Source: Camelus ferus
Taxonomy: Eukaryota
DNA length: 64,000 nt
Direction of reading: 5' to 3'
Assembly: GCF_009834535.1 (NCBI RefSeq)
Contig: NC_045707.1
Coordinates: 46,998,001 to 47,062,000, forward strand
Shown here piece by piece: positions 13,511 through 26,733 of this stretch; the first letter of the stretch is position 1, and each line of letters starts with the position of its first letter. The notes under the pieces were generated by a model. The model saw only the letters and a program-made list of their open reading frames with translations, searched no databases and was not told the origin of the DNA. The position numbers were made by a program, and so were the translations under genes.

Positions 13511-16500
13511 GGCAAGAAACAGACCCAAATACATCTACTATTTGTCCCAAGGACCCAATGACACTGTCCAACCACACAATCAAGTTTGTATGCTAGGTGA
13601 AGTCTGGAGATTCTTCCTTGAGAAGTATTAAATTGTGGGTAAGTGGAGGTAGGGGTCAGGACAGGGCTGAGGCCAACTCAGTAAAATTACCACAACTGCC
13701 TATTAGGAAGTACCTGAGACCTATACCCCCAGCAGAAAAAGAAAAGAATATGAAACAAAATGGCTCACTTTGTTTGTGTAAACCCATCGACCACCATAAG
13801 GTATAATCACAAATTCAATGCTGACAGAATATAGACTCTATTAGATTAACCAGACAGAAAGCCAAAAATAACTGTATACTTCAAGTTCCGAAAGACTACA
13901 GCAAGACTATAGGTTACGGTTGTTTAAAATTAGAAAGAAAAACTAGAGCACTTTTCTTTTGGTCATGAACAAACTAAATTTAAAACTACTGAAACTAGAT
14001 TTCATCTGTGAAAAGAGAAGGACCAGGCTCTACTTTCACTTGGCCGAAGGAAAGCATTCCAGCTCCAGGAGTGCGCACACACACAAGAAATTGCACATTC
14101 AGTCTAGTCTCATAAGGTACATTAAAGTTGACAACAAATCCACTTAAAATCCTGAAGTCAGAACAACAAAGAATGGTAGACGGAACTGGTCTTTCAACTG
14201 AATTCGTAGTGACAGGGTCTGCAACATGTCTTTAGAAATACATAAATCAGGCATCTAAAAGAGGGAGCAATCCAAAATGCAACTCATTTTTAAAACTAAA
14301 TCACAAAAATTAGTTAAAATACAGGAAGTATTCCTAAAGTTAAGTATCGGCTTGGAATCAGTAAAATATGTGTCTATTATAAAAAGAAAAAGAAAAAAAC
14401 TGAAGCATATTTGATTTTCAGTAATGAATAAGATTCCAAAAGCATACATCCATCCCCTTCACAAATGCTTCTAAATCAGTAATACTTTTGAGAAAAAGTG
14501 CTTGTTTCACTTTGACAGGATTTTAAGTATCCTAGTAAATCTAAGCTTAATATTCATCGCACATTTAACAAAAGAAATGAAGTTGAGGTAATAAAATAAC
14601 TCTCAGTAAATCCCTACTTTTAAAGTATTGCTGACTAGAAGAATCGGGACCCTGTGTTTCTGGTTGGATTAGTCAATTTGTTAATTCTGTTAATTGTCAA
14701 TTGGTAATTCAATATTAACAGAATGTATTAAAATTTTCTCAAGGTACTGGTTATATAATGAAATTCTTTTTTAATTTTTATTTAAAAGCCAAAGATCAAT
14801 GATCTGCAAGTAAAAATTTCTCCCTTAGCTGCTGGTATCCGAAAGCTGTTATTTCCCACTAACTCCCTTATGTAACAGTCTTTCTAGCAATGTGGGTAAA
14901 TATGTATTCATATTATTAGTTGTCAGGACATCAGAATTCTCTGCAATGAATTAATTTCATATTAACTTCAAAAAAAAAAAGAATTAAATCTAAAGAAATA
15001 AGATAAGAATAATAAAAGGAACCAGAATATTTCTTCTTATAGAAATAAAAAATGGAAAAATCATAATTCCATTAGTAAATTGTTAATTAAAAGATAGATT
15101 TGGGAAAGAATATCTTCTAAAGTCTTAATAGACTTAAAAAGTGAGAAGAGTTGGGCAGTAGAGATTATAATAATCAAGAAACATCTTTGTTTCACTTTTA
15201 AGCTTTTTTACAGAATATGTAAAGAGCTGTAAAAATGAAAGTACTATAATATTGAAGGTCAATTTTAGTCAAAGTAAGAAAAGGAGATTCAAAGTTAAGC
15301 TAAAATTTCCTATCTCAATTCCCTATCTTGATGTTATCTACATTCTTCCCTAAATTTAAATACATTTTTAACTTGAATTCATTATCATGAGAATTTAATT
15401 ATAAAAATGTATGTATGTGAAAATGTGAAAAGAACCTGAATTTAGAAACCCATTTATTTTTCACTTCTTATTTTGAAAACAATTTGTTTCCAAATTTCTA
15501 ACGCAAATAATCCCCCAGGTGCTTCCTGCCAGTTGTGAAGAACATTCTGTTTAGGGACAACACAGAACAACACATTTCACCTCCTCTCTCTTCCTGCTGG
15601 CTTCTAATGTGTTACTGGAAAATCAAGAGTTTGAAATTAAGAGTTTTGATTAGCCAGGCTCTCTATGCCTGTTGGTTTATTTCCTTTATTTTAATGGGTA
15701 AGCCTCTGTATGATAATGAAGTAGCTTACAAAGCCACTGAGATTCAGACCTTAAATGGGAAATTTAGTTCAGTTTGGGGTTTTTTTCCTCCCTTTTTGCT
15801 GACACCTAAATCCTATTCTGAATTGATTGTGTCTTTGTTTAGGATGTTTTGAGGGTGAAAGCTGGGTTTTTAAAGAGCCATTTTTCAAAAAGCAGGTATT
15901 TTGTAAAATAAAGTACTTGTCAAAATTTTGTAATTCCCAAAGAGTCGGCTATAATCTAAAAGGTATTTGGAGAAGGTACTAAATAATCATTTATAAAACA
16001 ATTTAACAGCAACTTGAATCACAGATTATTTTGAAACTTGACTTACATCTTGGTATCTGGTCTCATCTGTAATAAGTGTTACCTATAAAAACCTTAAATT
16101 AAAAATAAGAAATGAAGTGCTTCTGTATAGGTGGAATGCTTTAAGCATCTGACGTTATAAGCAGATCAATATCCCATGGGAGGTAGTATCAAGATACAGA
16201 GTCTGATCACTGCGGTAATAACCGTGGCAAAGTTAATCCCCTCTCCAGGACCACCGTTCACTTTTACAGTAAACCAATTTAGTTGTCCCTTGAACTGGCC
16301 ACCCCTCTGGTATCATGCATAGGTGCAGAGGATAAGTGGTTGGTATGCAAAGAAACAAACACAAAAAGAGAGACAGAGAAGAGAGAAAACTAGGATAAGG
16401 GGATAGAGCATACGGTGACAGACAGTTGTTAAAGGAGGAAATTTATACCATAGTTGTGCTCAACCAATATCCTCTGAACAGAACTCATTGAAGATGGTAT

Positions 16501-16899
16501 TATTACACGTTAAAAAAAAATATATATATACATTTCTGATTCTGCCCTAGGATTTCTCAAGACAGTCAGTTGTTTTAACTGGAGTCACAGTCAAAGCCTG
16601 AAGCCATCTGCCTGCTCCATAGCTCTGAATGTCTCTGGTCCTGCAGGGTCCGAGGTTCTCAGGCTGCTCAGCCGAGCTTCTGGCTGGTTCGAATGGCCTG
16701 GGGCAGAGCACTTAACACTCAGACATCCTTTCTGGAACGGAGATTTAACTTCCAGATTGGTCACTTAATTAGCAAATGAATAAGCTTTTTTGGTCTGAAT
16801 ACTAAATGTGCTGTTTAAAAATTAACAGTAGTTCAAGGAAAACCCTCAATTATATTTAACAATTTAAAAGACAGTAACTTATTTAAACCTGAAATATTA

Positions 16900-17480
16900 A
16901 TTGGTACAACCGTTTTGGAATATAACTTGGAAATAGCCATTAAAATATTAATGCACATATCCTTTGACCCTAAAATTTCACTGCTAGAAATTTACTCAAC
17001 ATATATATTCCCATAAAAACACAGCAACATTAGCACAGAGATTTACTCTGTGATGTTTACTGTATCATTGTTTGTAACAGCAGAAAGCTGGAAACAACCT
17101 AAATGCCCATTGGTAGGGGATTGGTTCAATCAACAATGGTGCATTCATACCATAAAATATTGTACAGATGTTAAAAAGAATGATGTAGAGCTTTTTTTAA
17201 CCATAAAAGGTATATAAAGCTATGTAGTTATACAGAAGTCTCAAATATTAAATTTAAAAAGCAAATTGCAGAGCAGAATGCATAGTATAATACAAATTGT
17301 GTGTGTGCTTTTTAAAAACAATTTAAACAAACACTTATCTTGTGTTAAAACAATTCTGGAAGAACAAAGAAACTTTTAAAGACAGTGACCTCTAGAGAGT
17401 GGAACTGGGCTGGGGAGGGGGTCGTTGGCAATTTTATTTTTCACTTCATACTCTCTGAACTGCTTAGATTTCTAACTTTT
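16900..17480 (+). mobile_element. Ancient L1 (L1ME-like) 3' fragment
   Basis: TGGTACAACCGTTTTGGA...CTGGAAACAACCTAAATGCCCA... Confidence 0.75.
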
Positions 17481-18703
17481 AGAACAATTGACGAACCAGC
17501 TAGTAATTAAGCTTATGTTAAACCTACACTAACAGAAACAGAACGGATGCTCTTTTATGGGACAGTCGGTGGAAGCCACTTTGCCTAGCCACGTTCTCAT
17601 CTGTACCAGGATAACCAAGCCTATGAGAACAGAGGTTAACCCATTAGCTACACAGCAGAATTGTTCAACAGAGCCGTTTACCCTCCACACCACACTCATC
17701 GTGGTGTGTTTCCACGATTAAACACTTTGACTTCGATCAGTTTCTAAACACCTTCCGACAGTACGTTACAAGAGGTCCAGGAGCCGGAGCGGCGCCGGGA
17801 CGCGTCTGGGAGGAGCTGCTCGGGCTACAGCCGCGACTGGGCTCCGCACTCAAACAGGCTACACACAAAGGACTTTTTCTGCATCACCCGGTGGCGCCAG
17901 GATCACTTCTCTGTCGACAGCCCGAGAGCACGTCGCAGTAGAGCCAGCCCCGGTAGCAACTCCGTTTGAAAATTCTCAAGTAGAAAGAGCGGAAACTCTT
18001 AAAAGCGAGGTTCCTCCTCCCGCAGACGACACACTTTCTTCTCCTTACTGCTGTCTTTTTCATTCTCCCTTAACCAGTTCCTAGAAACATGCACCCGAGC
18101 TATTTCGTTTCTGGTCTTGTATATGTAAATCAAAGTCGACTGTCTCGTACTGATTCGGTTTTTACCTCCTTGATTAACCCTGAAAGTCTTCTCTTCTGGT
18201 GCTTCATTAACCTGCTCATGAAATGTCTTTGGAAAAAGTTGGCTTAAATCTTTCTTCCAAATCTAAAATTTTCCCCCACTAAAATTATATTTCAATAAAG
18301 CAGTTTTTAAAGAATAGTCACTTTGCTCCAAGAGTATTCTGAGGCTTAACTGCAGTGCCAACGAGTAAAAACTTGTTATCCAGACAGATAGTGTTGCGAG
18401 AGAAGCCAGTAAGTTTAAAGAAAAGTTAACTCATTGTATTACCACGTAATCTCTCATTTCTTCACAAACAATCTCTAACTTGCTCTTCAAATATTTATAA
18501 TATAAATGAAGAAAAAGGACTGTGGTTTTCACATGTAAATTGGGAAGCTAACTTTTCTGTAGTCCATTTCTCCCAAACCCTGAAAGCCCTCCCTCCAATA
18601 AAACAGCAAGAACAGTAAACAGCAGTCAAATCTCAAGGTTAACCCCAGAGCAGTTTTTCTGGTTGCTGGACTGAGAAATATTATTAGAAAATAAGGGGAA
18701 AAG

Positions 18704-19013
18704 AGGACACAAATAAACTTGTTTACAGAACAGAGACAGCTCACAGACATAGAAAACAAACTTATGGTTGGAGGGGCGAGAAGGGGGTGGGGAGGAATAA
18801 ATTGGGAGTTTGGGATTTGTAGATGCTAACTACTATATACAAAATAAGCAACCAGATCCTACTGTGTAGCACAGGGAACTATGTTCAATACCTTGTAATA
18901 GCTTATAATGAAAAAGAGTATGAAAAGGAATATTTATGTGTCAATGAATCACTATGCTGTACACCAGAAATTAACACATTATAAATCGACTATACTTCAA
19001 TTTAAAAAAAAAA
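18704..19013 (+). mobile_element. 5'-truncated L1 3' UTR (artiodactyl-type) with TSD
   Basis: ACAGACATAGAAAACAAACTTATGGTT...TATACTTCAATTT(A)n; TSD AGAAAA(T/G)AAGGGGAAAAG at 18686-18703 and 19014-19031; TT/AGAAAA target. Confidence 0.9.
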
Positions 19014-20329
19014 AGAAAAGAAGGGGAAAAGTAGCCTTTTTCTAAAAGTCTGGGGGCTAGTCTAGTGTCAGTAGCTAAAACTGTATTTTACCATATTGGT
19101 AACTCTTAAAAAGTCTAGATACTGGCTTACTTTTGTCATAAATCCATACTAACAAACCAGTACTTTGTCAACCTTTGCAGCTTTGGCACTAATGGAAGGT
19201 GCTGTTAACAGCCCTCAAAACTGAAGTTCCTTTATTTCTTCTGCCACTTGAGAAAAAGTTCTGCCACAAAATTCTAATAACACTAAGTTCCTACAAATCA
19301 ACTTGGAAATGTCTAAATGTGTTTTTCCTAGAAAAAGTGCCAGACATCAATTTTATCTGGCAACCATCAAAATACATCAGATCACAAAACTGTACATTCC
19401 TGGACCTCACAAGAAGCATAGCAAGGAATTTCAGCCAGCCAACCAAAGGGCTCAGCTGCAACTCCATCTGTAGTCCACAACTTGGGCAATAACACTGAAA
19501 TTAACCACTGCTGCCAAGGCAGGAACACCACCCTCCAACACCCTCCTCCCTGCTCTCCCCACCCAAGAAAAGTAATGGGTAGAAATTTCAAACCCACCTT
19601 CTCAATTTCTGGTTTAAGATTACATAGGATTATTCAATCCACCAGCAGACTAAACTCAATTTCACAAAAACAACCAGAGAGCCCAAGTAAATGGAATTTT
19701 TATTTGCACATTCTGTGTTATTTCATATGAAGACAAATGACAGAAAACATGGGAATTCAGGAGGAAGAACCAATTCCTAGAATGTGACAATTAGTATATC
19801 TTCTGTAATTAGAGTGTGGTACACTTGATGTACATAGTGACCTGGAAACAGAAAATGACTTTGGAATCTATCAGTCATTTATTCAACACCTAAAGGGAGA
19901 AACATAGTGAGGAATTACAAGGCACTTCCTGCACCGAATTTGCCATCTAACTAGAGACGTAACACTTTAAGAGTTCAGAAAGTTTTAAGACTGGCAGGTG
20001 GAGGGGAGGAAAGCAAGGGATGGTTGTTTTTCTTTGTCTTTCCATACTACTTGATTTTTTAAACCATGCTACATGTGTGACTGATAAAAGTTTAAGACTT
20101 TCATAACAACAGCACTGGTAAGGAAGGGACAGATGTGACAAGCAATAGGAAGAATTCTGCCTTGATGGGAGAAGTAGGGTGCATGCGGATCCCTCCCTCT
20201 GCTTTATGCTTCAGATCAAGTTCACTCTGTCTCCAGAATCTCCCGCAGATTCTTCCTCTTCACCCTCCTCCTCACCACTGCCTTAGGCTACAATGACCTC
20301 CCCAGTCATCTTCCTCTGGTGCATGAGTT

Positions 20330-20795
20330 CTGACCTTTCATGACCATTTTGGCCGAAGACTATGGACCCCATCTCAGAATACTGTGTTTACACCTTGAAA
20401 CTAAATACACAGATCACAAAAGATCAATTCTATTAAAATGCATATTTCAAATTATTTTTAAAGTTCTGACATAATAATATACATACTTCTTTATTAACAC
20501 ATTAAATGACGATGTAGCTGTGGGTCTAATGGCTACAGTAATTTTGGTTTAGTGAAAAATATGAAGGGTTGGAGATTTCTGCAACAACTGTATTATGGTA
20601 TCAGAATGCCTGATTTCTAATGGTGATAAACTCACCTCTTCTGCTAATTCTACTGTGACCAGATTCATATTTGAAAAAAATGCTCAATTTCAATTAGGCA
20701 TTAGTGACAATAAAAATGTTAATTTTTTTCCCTATTCAAGTTCACAGATCCCAAGCTTTCTATCCATGGATCTCTTACAAGTCCAAACACTGGGA
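20330..20795. mobile_element. hAT-Charlie-like DNA transposon remnant
   Basis: CTATGGACCCC... at the left end and ...TTCACAGATCCC...TCCATGGATC at the right end, with an AT-rich interior. Confidence 0.5.
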
Positions 20796-20829
20796 TAAAA
20801 AGTGCTGATCTTGAGTCATGCCAACCAGA

Positions 20830-21375
20830 CCAGCCTCCAGACTGCCACAAGTCTGATGCTGTCATTTTCCATCTCAAAAATCTTCAACAACTCCCTTGCT
20901 CCCTGGGTGAAATACAAACATTTTTGAAAGGCAGGTAAAGCCATTGCTCTGTTCTCTGCTCACAAACACAGGCTTCTCCCCACCTTGGTTTCCGCTTCTG
21001 CATTGGAAGCTCCACCCACAATGGTAGAGCTCTCACACTTCCGGATTCTTCCCTTGGAACTCCCTGGCCCAGCCTGTCAGCCAGGCCAACTCTTTTTTTT
21101 AAATGCCAGGTGAAAAGCTATCTCCTCACTGATGCCTTCCAGCAGACCCAAGTGTTTCATCTCAGCTCCCACTGCTCTTTATACATGTCCCCTTACTTTG
21201 ATTATCTTATTGTATTATAACTGTTGGGCTGGCATGTGTGTCTCCCTACCACCCAGACTCTTCTTAAGGGTGCAGACTTTTGTGACTTTCTCTGGGACAT
21301 TGCCTCCTGCCTGGCACAAGTAGATACTCAGTAAATATTTGTTGAATGATGGAGTGAATGAATGACTAAATAAAT
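20830..21375 (+). mobile_element. L2 3' fragment
   Basis: Ends TAGATACTCAGTAAATATTTGTTGAATGATGGAGTGAATGAATGA. Confidence 0.7.
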
Positions 21376-22239
21376 GAAAGAGATAAATATGAAGACGGAG
21401 AAGGCAAAGATTACAGTTTCTAATTTGGCTTAATGAAGAAAAAGTGAAATGCAAAATAAAGGAAAATATAGTGTTCATAAAGTTTTAAGTTAAGGGCATT
21501 TTATATGTTCTAATTTTTTTTCAAAGATCACCCGTGAATGCAGTAGAAGATAATTGTCCATTAAAACACAATGGTTATTCTGATATTCTGATTATACATA
21601 AATATGCTATATAAAAAGATCTCAACCTAGAAATAGATTGCATTCTAAAACAGGGTTTGCAAACCAGTTGCCTAGAATTTAGAATAAACTTTCCTTCAGG
21701 AGGCAATTAAAAACGGTGATAAAGTGTCCAATTTATCACACAAAATTCCATTTGATTTCTAATGTGCTTGAATGGCTCCATGTTTAACTGAAAATTGGTA
21801 GAAAATAATACTATTCAATACTCTGGCAATATAGCCAATCAAGCAAAGCAGTAAGCAGAAGTGAATGTGAACATGATCTATCTTGAATATTAACATTAGA
21901 GGAAAGACTGGTTCAATTTTAGCAGAGCGAGGAAGCCCAGAGAGGTATTTATGAAGATCAGAAGGAACTTCTGGTTATTTCAGAAGCAGAAAGTTAGTAG
22001 CCCTAGCTCTTTAAGGTGTATAATTTCATTTCAAGGCCGGAGACCTTTCCTTTTGGCTCACAAATGGCTCCCACAAAGGAAAAAGAGAAATTTTGTTTGC
22101 AGTACTTGAAGAAGTTTTGGAAAACAAAGAGGAAGGAGGAATGGAATTAAAGAGGCCATGTGTGTCCTGTAAAGTTTACCTGAGGTCAAATGAGTTAAGC
22201 TAGGGAGAGAAAAAAAGAAGGCAGCAAGGTATACATGGC

Positions 22240-22638
22240 ATGGAATGTGCGCTGGTCATTACTGCCGCTCAGCTCACCGCAGTTTTCTGCTGCTCTCCTC
22301 CCTGTGGGCACAGGGAGGACGGGACTGCCTGGCCCTCTTGTGGCTGGGTGGCACCATTTTGCAGAGTTCTGGCCAATGAGTTGGGGGTTGAAGTGACAGG
22401 GCCTTTAAATGCCAACAAGACATCCCTGGATTTCTCCTTTCCCGCTGGCTCCCGCCACGTTTGAAGAGGTGGCTGCTTTGCCAGCCTTGGTTCCAGAATG
22501 ACTAAGAGAAGAGTCTCCCTGGTGACACATGAATGGGTAGAGAAACTGGTGTTATTTTAAGAAATAAACCTTTGTTGTTTTAGGCCTCTGAGAGTTGTCT
22601 GTTTTTGCAGCATAACCTAGCTTATTATGACTGACACA
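22240..22638 (+). mobile_element. MaLR LTR (MLT1-type)
   Basis: GTTCTGGCCAATGAGTTG...GAAATAAACCTTTGTTGTTTTAGGCC...GCAGCATAACCTAG...GACTGACACA. Confidence 0.7.
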
Positions 22639-23020
22639 TTATTCATATAATTTACCCCCAGAGAAAGGAGAGGGGTGCTAGGGAAGAGATGGTGGGTTAG
22701 GGTTGCCCTGGATAGAGCCCAAAAGGAGATAAGAGGAAGAGAGGGAAGGTATAAATTCAGACCTAAAGAACCCTTCCAAGCTGGATGCCCAAGACTTGGG
22801 GAAGTCTTGTATTACTCCTGAAATCAAAGTCCTAGTACCACCATAATTACACATTGGGCAGACAAGGTCGTAGCCCTCTGTTAACTACATATGACTCAAA
22901 GGTACATGGCCTAGCACACATCACTGAGGGACATGCTGGCTGCTGGCCGCAAAGTTTAAAAGCATTTATAAGCTTATTGAGAAAAAGGACAGAAGAGTGG
23001 ATAAAAGCATGGGATTTTTG

Positions 23021-23332
23021 CCTTTTGCCTCTTTGCATCTGAGAAAGCAAGACGGGTCACCAGCAGCTGTACTAGAGCCAACCTAGAAAATTCAGCCAGA
23101 TCTCTCCCTCTTGCCATGTCTGCTCAAACTGGCACGGTCTGATCCGGAAATACGGCCTCAATATGTGCCACTGGTGTTTCCGCCAGTGCACAAAGGATAT
23201 TGGCTTCATCAAGTTGAATTAAGTGAACATCCTTGAATGGATCGTCCAGCACATCTACCTTATGCAGAAACAATGCTAATTCCTTGTATATAAAATAAAA
23301 ATTTCAATTATGAGTGGTTTAAAAAAAAAAAA
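23021..23332 (+). pseudogene. RPS29: Processed pseudogene of 40S ribosomal protein S29 (uS14)
   Basis: 23052-23222 reads (ACG)[54 protein letters not shown], colinear with RPS29. Intronless, pyrimidine (TOP-like) 5' end, AATAAA at 23294, poly(A) 23321-23332, TSD AAAAGCATGGGATTTTTG at 23003-23020 and 23329-23346. Confidence 0.96.
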
Positions 23333-25035
23333 GCATGGGATTTTTGGAGCCATATAGGCCCGAGTTCAAATCTCAAGCTCTCCCTCTTAAATCAGTCTAA
23401 GTGTCCATCTTCTTCACTCTAAAGTGGAGATAAAAGCAGAACCTACTTCAAAGGTTTGTTGGGAGCACTAATTGAAGTCGTATCTGTAAAGTGTCAGGTG
23501 TAGTGCCTGGGATTACAAAATGTTGTAGCTTTTTCCAGTCCCCTGGAAGCCCAAGAGTTGGCTGGTTATGCAATGACTGCCTCACTGTCGTTCCTTGAAC
23601 ATAACAAATCCATGGCCTACTTCCCAATGCAGCTTCAAACTGGATCCTGTGGGAGCTTTCAGCCCTTGCCAGGCTCGGTGATGGAGCCCTACCTATGACT
23701 TCCGTGCACTCCCACCCTCCTAGGCTATCACGCTCAGAGGTGTGCTCCACTTTTAAAAGAGATCCAGGAAAATCCAAATATGCAAGATGAATAGATTGGG
23801 GCAGGATTATTCATGCTTCAAAATTCTTTTCATTTCACCAAAGAATCCAAGAATTGCCTTATTACTTTGCAGGTTTATTTCTTTTCTTTAATGAATTTCT
23901 TGATAGACAAAAACAAAACTAAGCTGAATGACTTCTGGTCCATTAAGGATCAATCAGAAATAAGAAAAATCCATGTAAGTGGGAAAAATGACTTGTGAAA
24001 GCATATCCTTTGCCCACAGTTTTCTGGGAGCACATCTAATATGTTGGCCAGGAAGCAAAGACAGACCTCCAGGTCCTTTGACAATGATAATCCATCCAGA
24101 GGGACACTGTGATAATGGCTGACACACATCAGATTCATGTTTCTCCATCACAACCAAGATCTAAAAACCCAAGTCCAAGCCCTGTGATTATAGGGTAGTA
24201 CTCAAAGATCCACAGCCATGAGAAAACACAAAATTCTTCTAACCAGGATAAAAATGGAGTCAGCTGACTCCAGCTGTGAAAAAGTGCAGAGTTAAGAGGA
24301 AGTTATTATTTTTTCAAAATAAATGAGAATATATCATGGCACAGAGGCAAACTCTACACTACAATTTAAGTCAAAATTGAGATGCCACAGAAACACAGAG
24401 CTCGCTCCCCTCTGGCCATGCCCACCCCAATGGAGAGAGATTGCTCTTGCGTCTGGGCACTCAGGTAGGCCAGTGGACGGGACCAACAAGCATGAAGGTG
24501 CCAAAAGGCCCTGAGAGTCAGTGTTTGGTCCAAGATCAAACAACCAGAAGACACTAAGTTTTCCAATTCCCAGTTCAAGGTTCTGCCCGCCGCAGCACAA
24601 CTTCCTCCTTTCCTGAGAATACAATCTGCCACTTACCTCAACCTGCCTGTTGAGGAAGCTGGCTTTCGAAGGGAAGCACGTGCCTAGGGGACCTGAAGCC
24701 CCAAACTCCAAGGCAAATGTGAGCCTGCGGACAAGGAAAGGGAGTCGATGTCTGTACCCTCCCCCTAATCTTCTCCCAAGCCACTGCCTCCTTCCCACCC
24801 CCTCACATCTAGCCACTCACACCTAACCCGTCTCCTTAACTCCACTCTTGCTTTGTTCCAAGTCATTTTCCAAAGGGCCCCTCCACAGGGATCATATAAA
24901 ACACAAAACTAGTTCAGTTACTCTCCCATTTAAAAAGCTTTTATCTACTGCCATCCAGATAAAAATCCAAGCTCTTCAGCAAGGCCTACAAGATCTGCCC
25001 CAACTCACCTCTACCTCCTCTTCAACCTTTCGGGA

Positions 25036-25559
25036 TGTTGCAGTAAAGTGTGTTACAGCTCAGTTACAGCTCAGTTGTGACAGCAACCTGGATCCCGGCG
25101 AGAGACCAAGCAGCACTTGGAGAGTTGGAGAACTCAGGTTTATTATGCCGGCGAGCCCAGAGGAGTTAACACTCCAAGCTTTGGACCCCGTCTGTAGGTT
25201 TATACAGGCTTTTATAGGCTGCCAGTCTACACTTTGCAACATCATATGCAAATAAGGTGTAACAAAAGTTGACTAATTAGGAACAAGCTTTATAGAACTG
25301 GACCAATCAGGAGTGATAGAAATGGACCAATCAGGAGTGAGCTCCATGTAAATGAAGTGCTACAAATGGACCAATCAGGACTTAATTCAGGGAACCAATA
25401 GAATCTTAGGGGTAAGTTCCACTTTCTTAGAAGTAAGCCTTTTCAGAGGCAGAAAGCGAGATATTGCCGCTGGGCCAGGGAACCGGATGGTGCTGGCAGG
25501 AGAGTCATGGCCCTGCCTTGGGTGTCCTGCTGGTCTTTTTCATGGGGCTTCCCACCTCA
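25036..25559 (-). mobile_element. ERV1-like solo LTR (524 bp)
   Basis: TG...CA termini, 4-bp TSD GGGA (25032-35 and 25560-63), minus-strand TATAAAA (~25215) and AATAAA (~25144), four CCAAT boxes; interrupts an L2-like sequence. Confidence 0.85.
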
Positions 25560-26533
25560 GGGAGAAAGATCTTCCTCACCGAGGGTCTAAAGACTCCTTT
25601 CTGCCCTTTAATACTCAGATGCAAGGCAGCTTCCTCTGAGGTCTTCTCTAACTCCTCAAAGCAGGTTGATGGCACCTTGTCCATAGGTAACTATTACTGC
25701 CTTTATCATGGCATCTCACAGTAAGTTGTTCATGTAGTTAAAGCGCCTACACAACGTGGTGTCCTGAGACGCAGAACTGGGCTTCAGAGCCCAACAAAAA
25801 CCTGGGCCTGAACCCTGACTCCCTTACTCACTGGGCAGGATATTTTCTCTCTCCAAGCCTCAGTGTCATTTGCAATAAATTGGGAAATACATACCTTACC
25901 AGTTTGTTGGGAGGACTAAATGGAATGACAATGCAAGGCAGAAAACATATTTGATAGCTTAACAAATGTTAGTTCCCCTCCTCTCCATCCCTTCCCATGG
26001 GCTATAAGCGTTCCTTTCATGCAACAACATTGTTTTACTCTTTTGTATTCTTGGTGAATAATACAGTAGGCACTCAATAAATGTTGACAAAAAAATGAAA
26101 GGCAGGAGAGGGAGGGAGGAAAGCAGGTGAGGAGGAGAGGAGGGAGAAAGGAAGAAGGAAATTAAATAATGAAATGAATGAATGAAGCTAGAAGGAAAAT
26201 GAGACCCTGATCTGTTAGTGCTACAAAAGTTGATGTATACACGAGTCATATGACTTTGAGAATGTCCTATCCTTCCCTACTAATAAACTCTGAAAGGATA
26301 TCAGTAGATATTGTGTAACTAGGAAAAGACACTGATCAAAAGACTGGCAGATCTACCAGCAGAAGGCAGTGTAGCCCAATATAGGATTAGCACACATACT
26401 TAAAAAAAAAAATTCCTCAAATAGCTCATTCCTACTATGTTCTAAATGCTGGACTTAATACAAAGAAGGATACAAATAAACTGATCTTACTCTAGTGAGG
26501 CCTCAGTTATTGAGGACGATGTAACACCTAGAT

Positions 26534-26733
26534 CTGTGGTGTGTTGTTAAACCAGAGGGGGGAAAAGAAGCCTTACTTTATAGTGTCTGCCAATTTCTGC
26601 CAATTTCTATAGTGTGTCAATACTCCCTTCATGGATGACTTCGATCTACTAACGATATATTCATAATAACTTAGCTCACAAAATCTCTGAAGTATTTAAC
26701 AATTGGGTCACAGGAGCCCTCAGCACACCACTG
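26534..26733 (-). mobile_element. hAT-Blackjack MITE (MER63-like)
   Basis: Terminal inverted repeats CTGTGGTGTGTTG / CAGCACACCACTG; internal similarity to the recalled MER63 consensus. Confidence 0.65.

Noticed and set aside
17686..17708. Hairpin CACACCAC-N7-GTGGTGTG
   Set aside because: An 8-bp stem is expected by chance and is too short for a pre-miRNA.
25300..25380. CRISPR-like repeated TGGACCAATCAGGA units
   Set aside because: Eukaryotic LTR U3 CCAAT repeats with irregular spacing; no cas genes.
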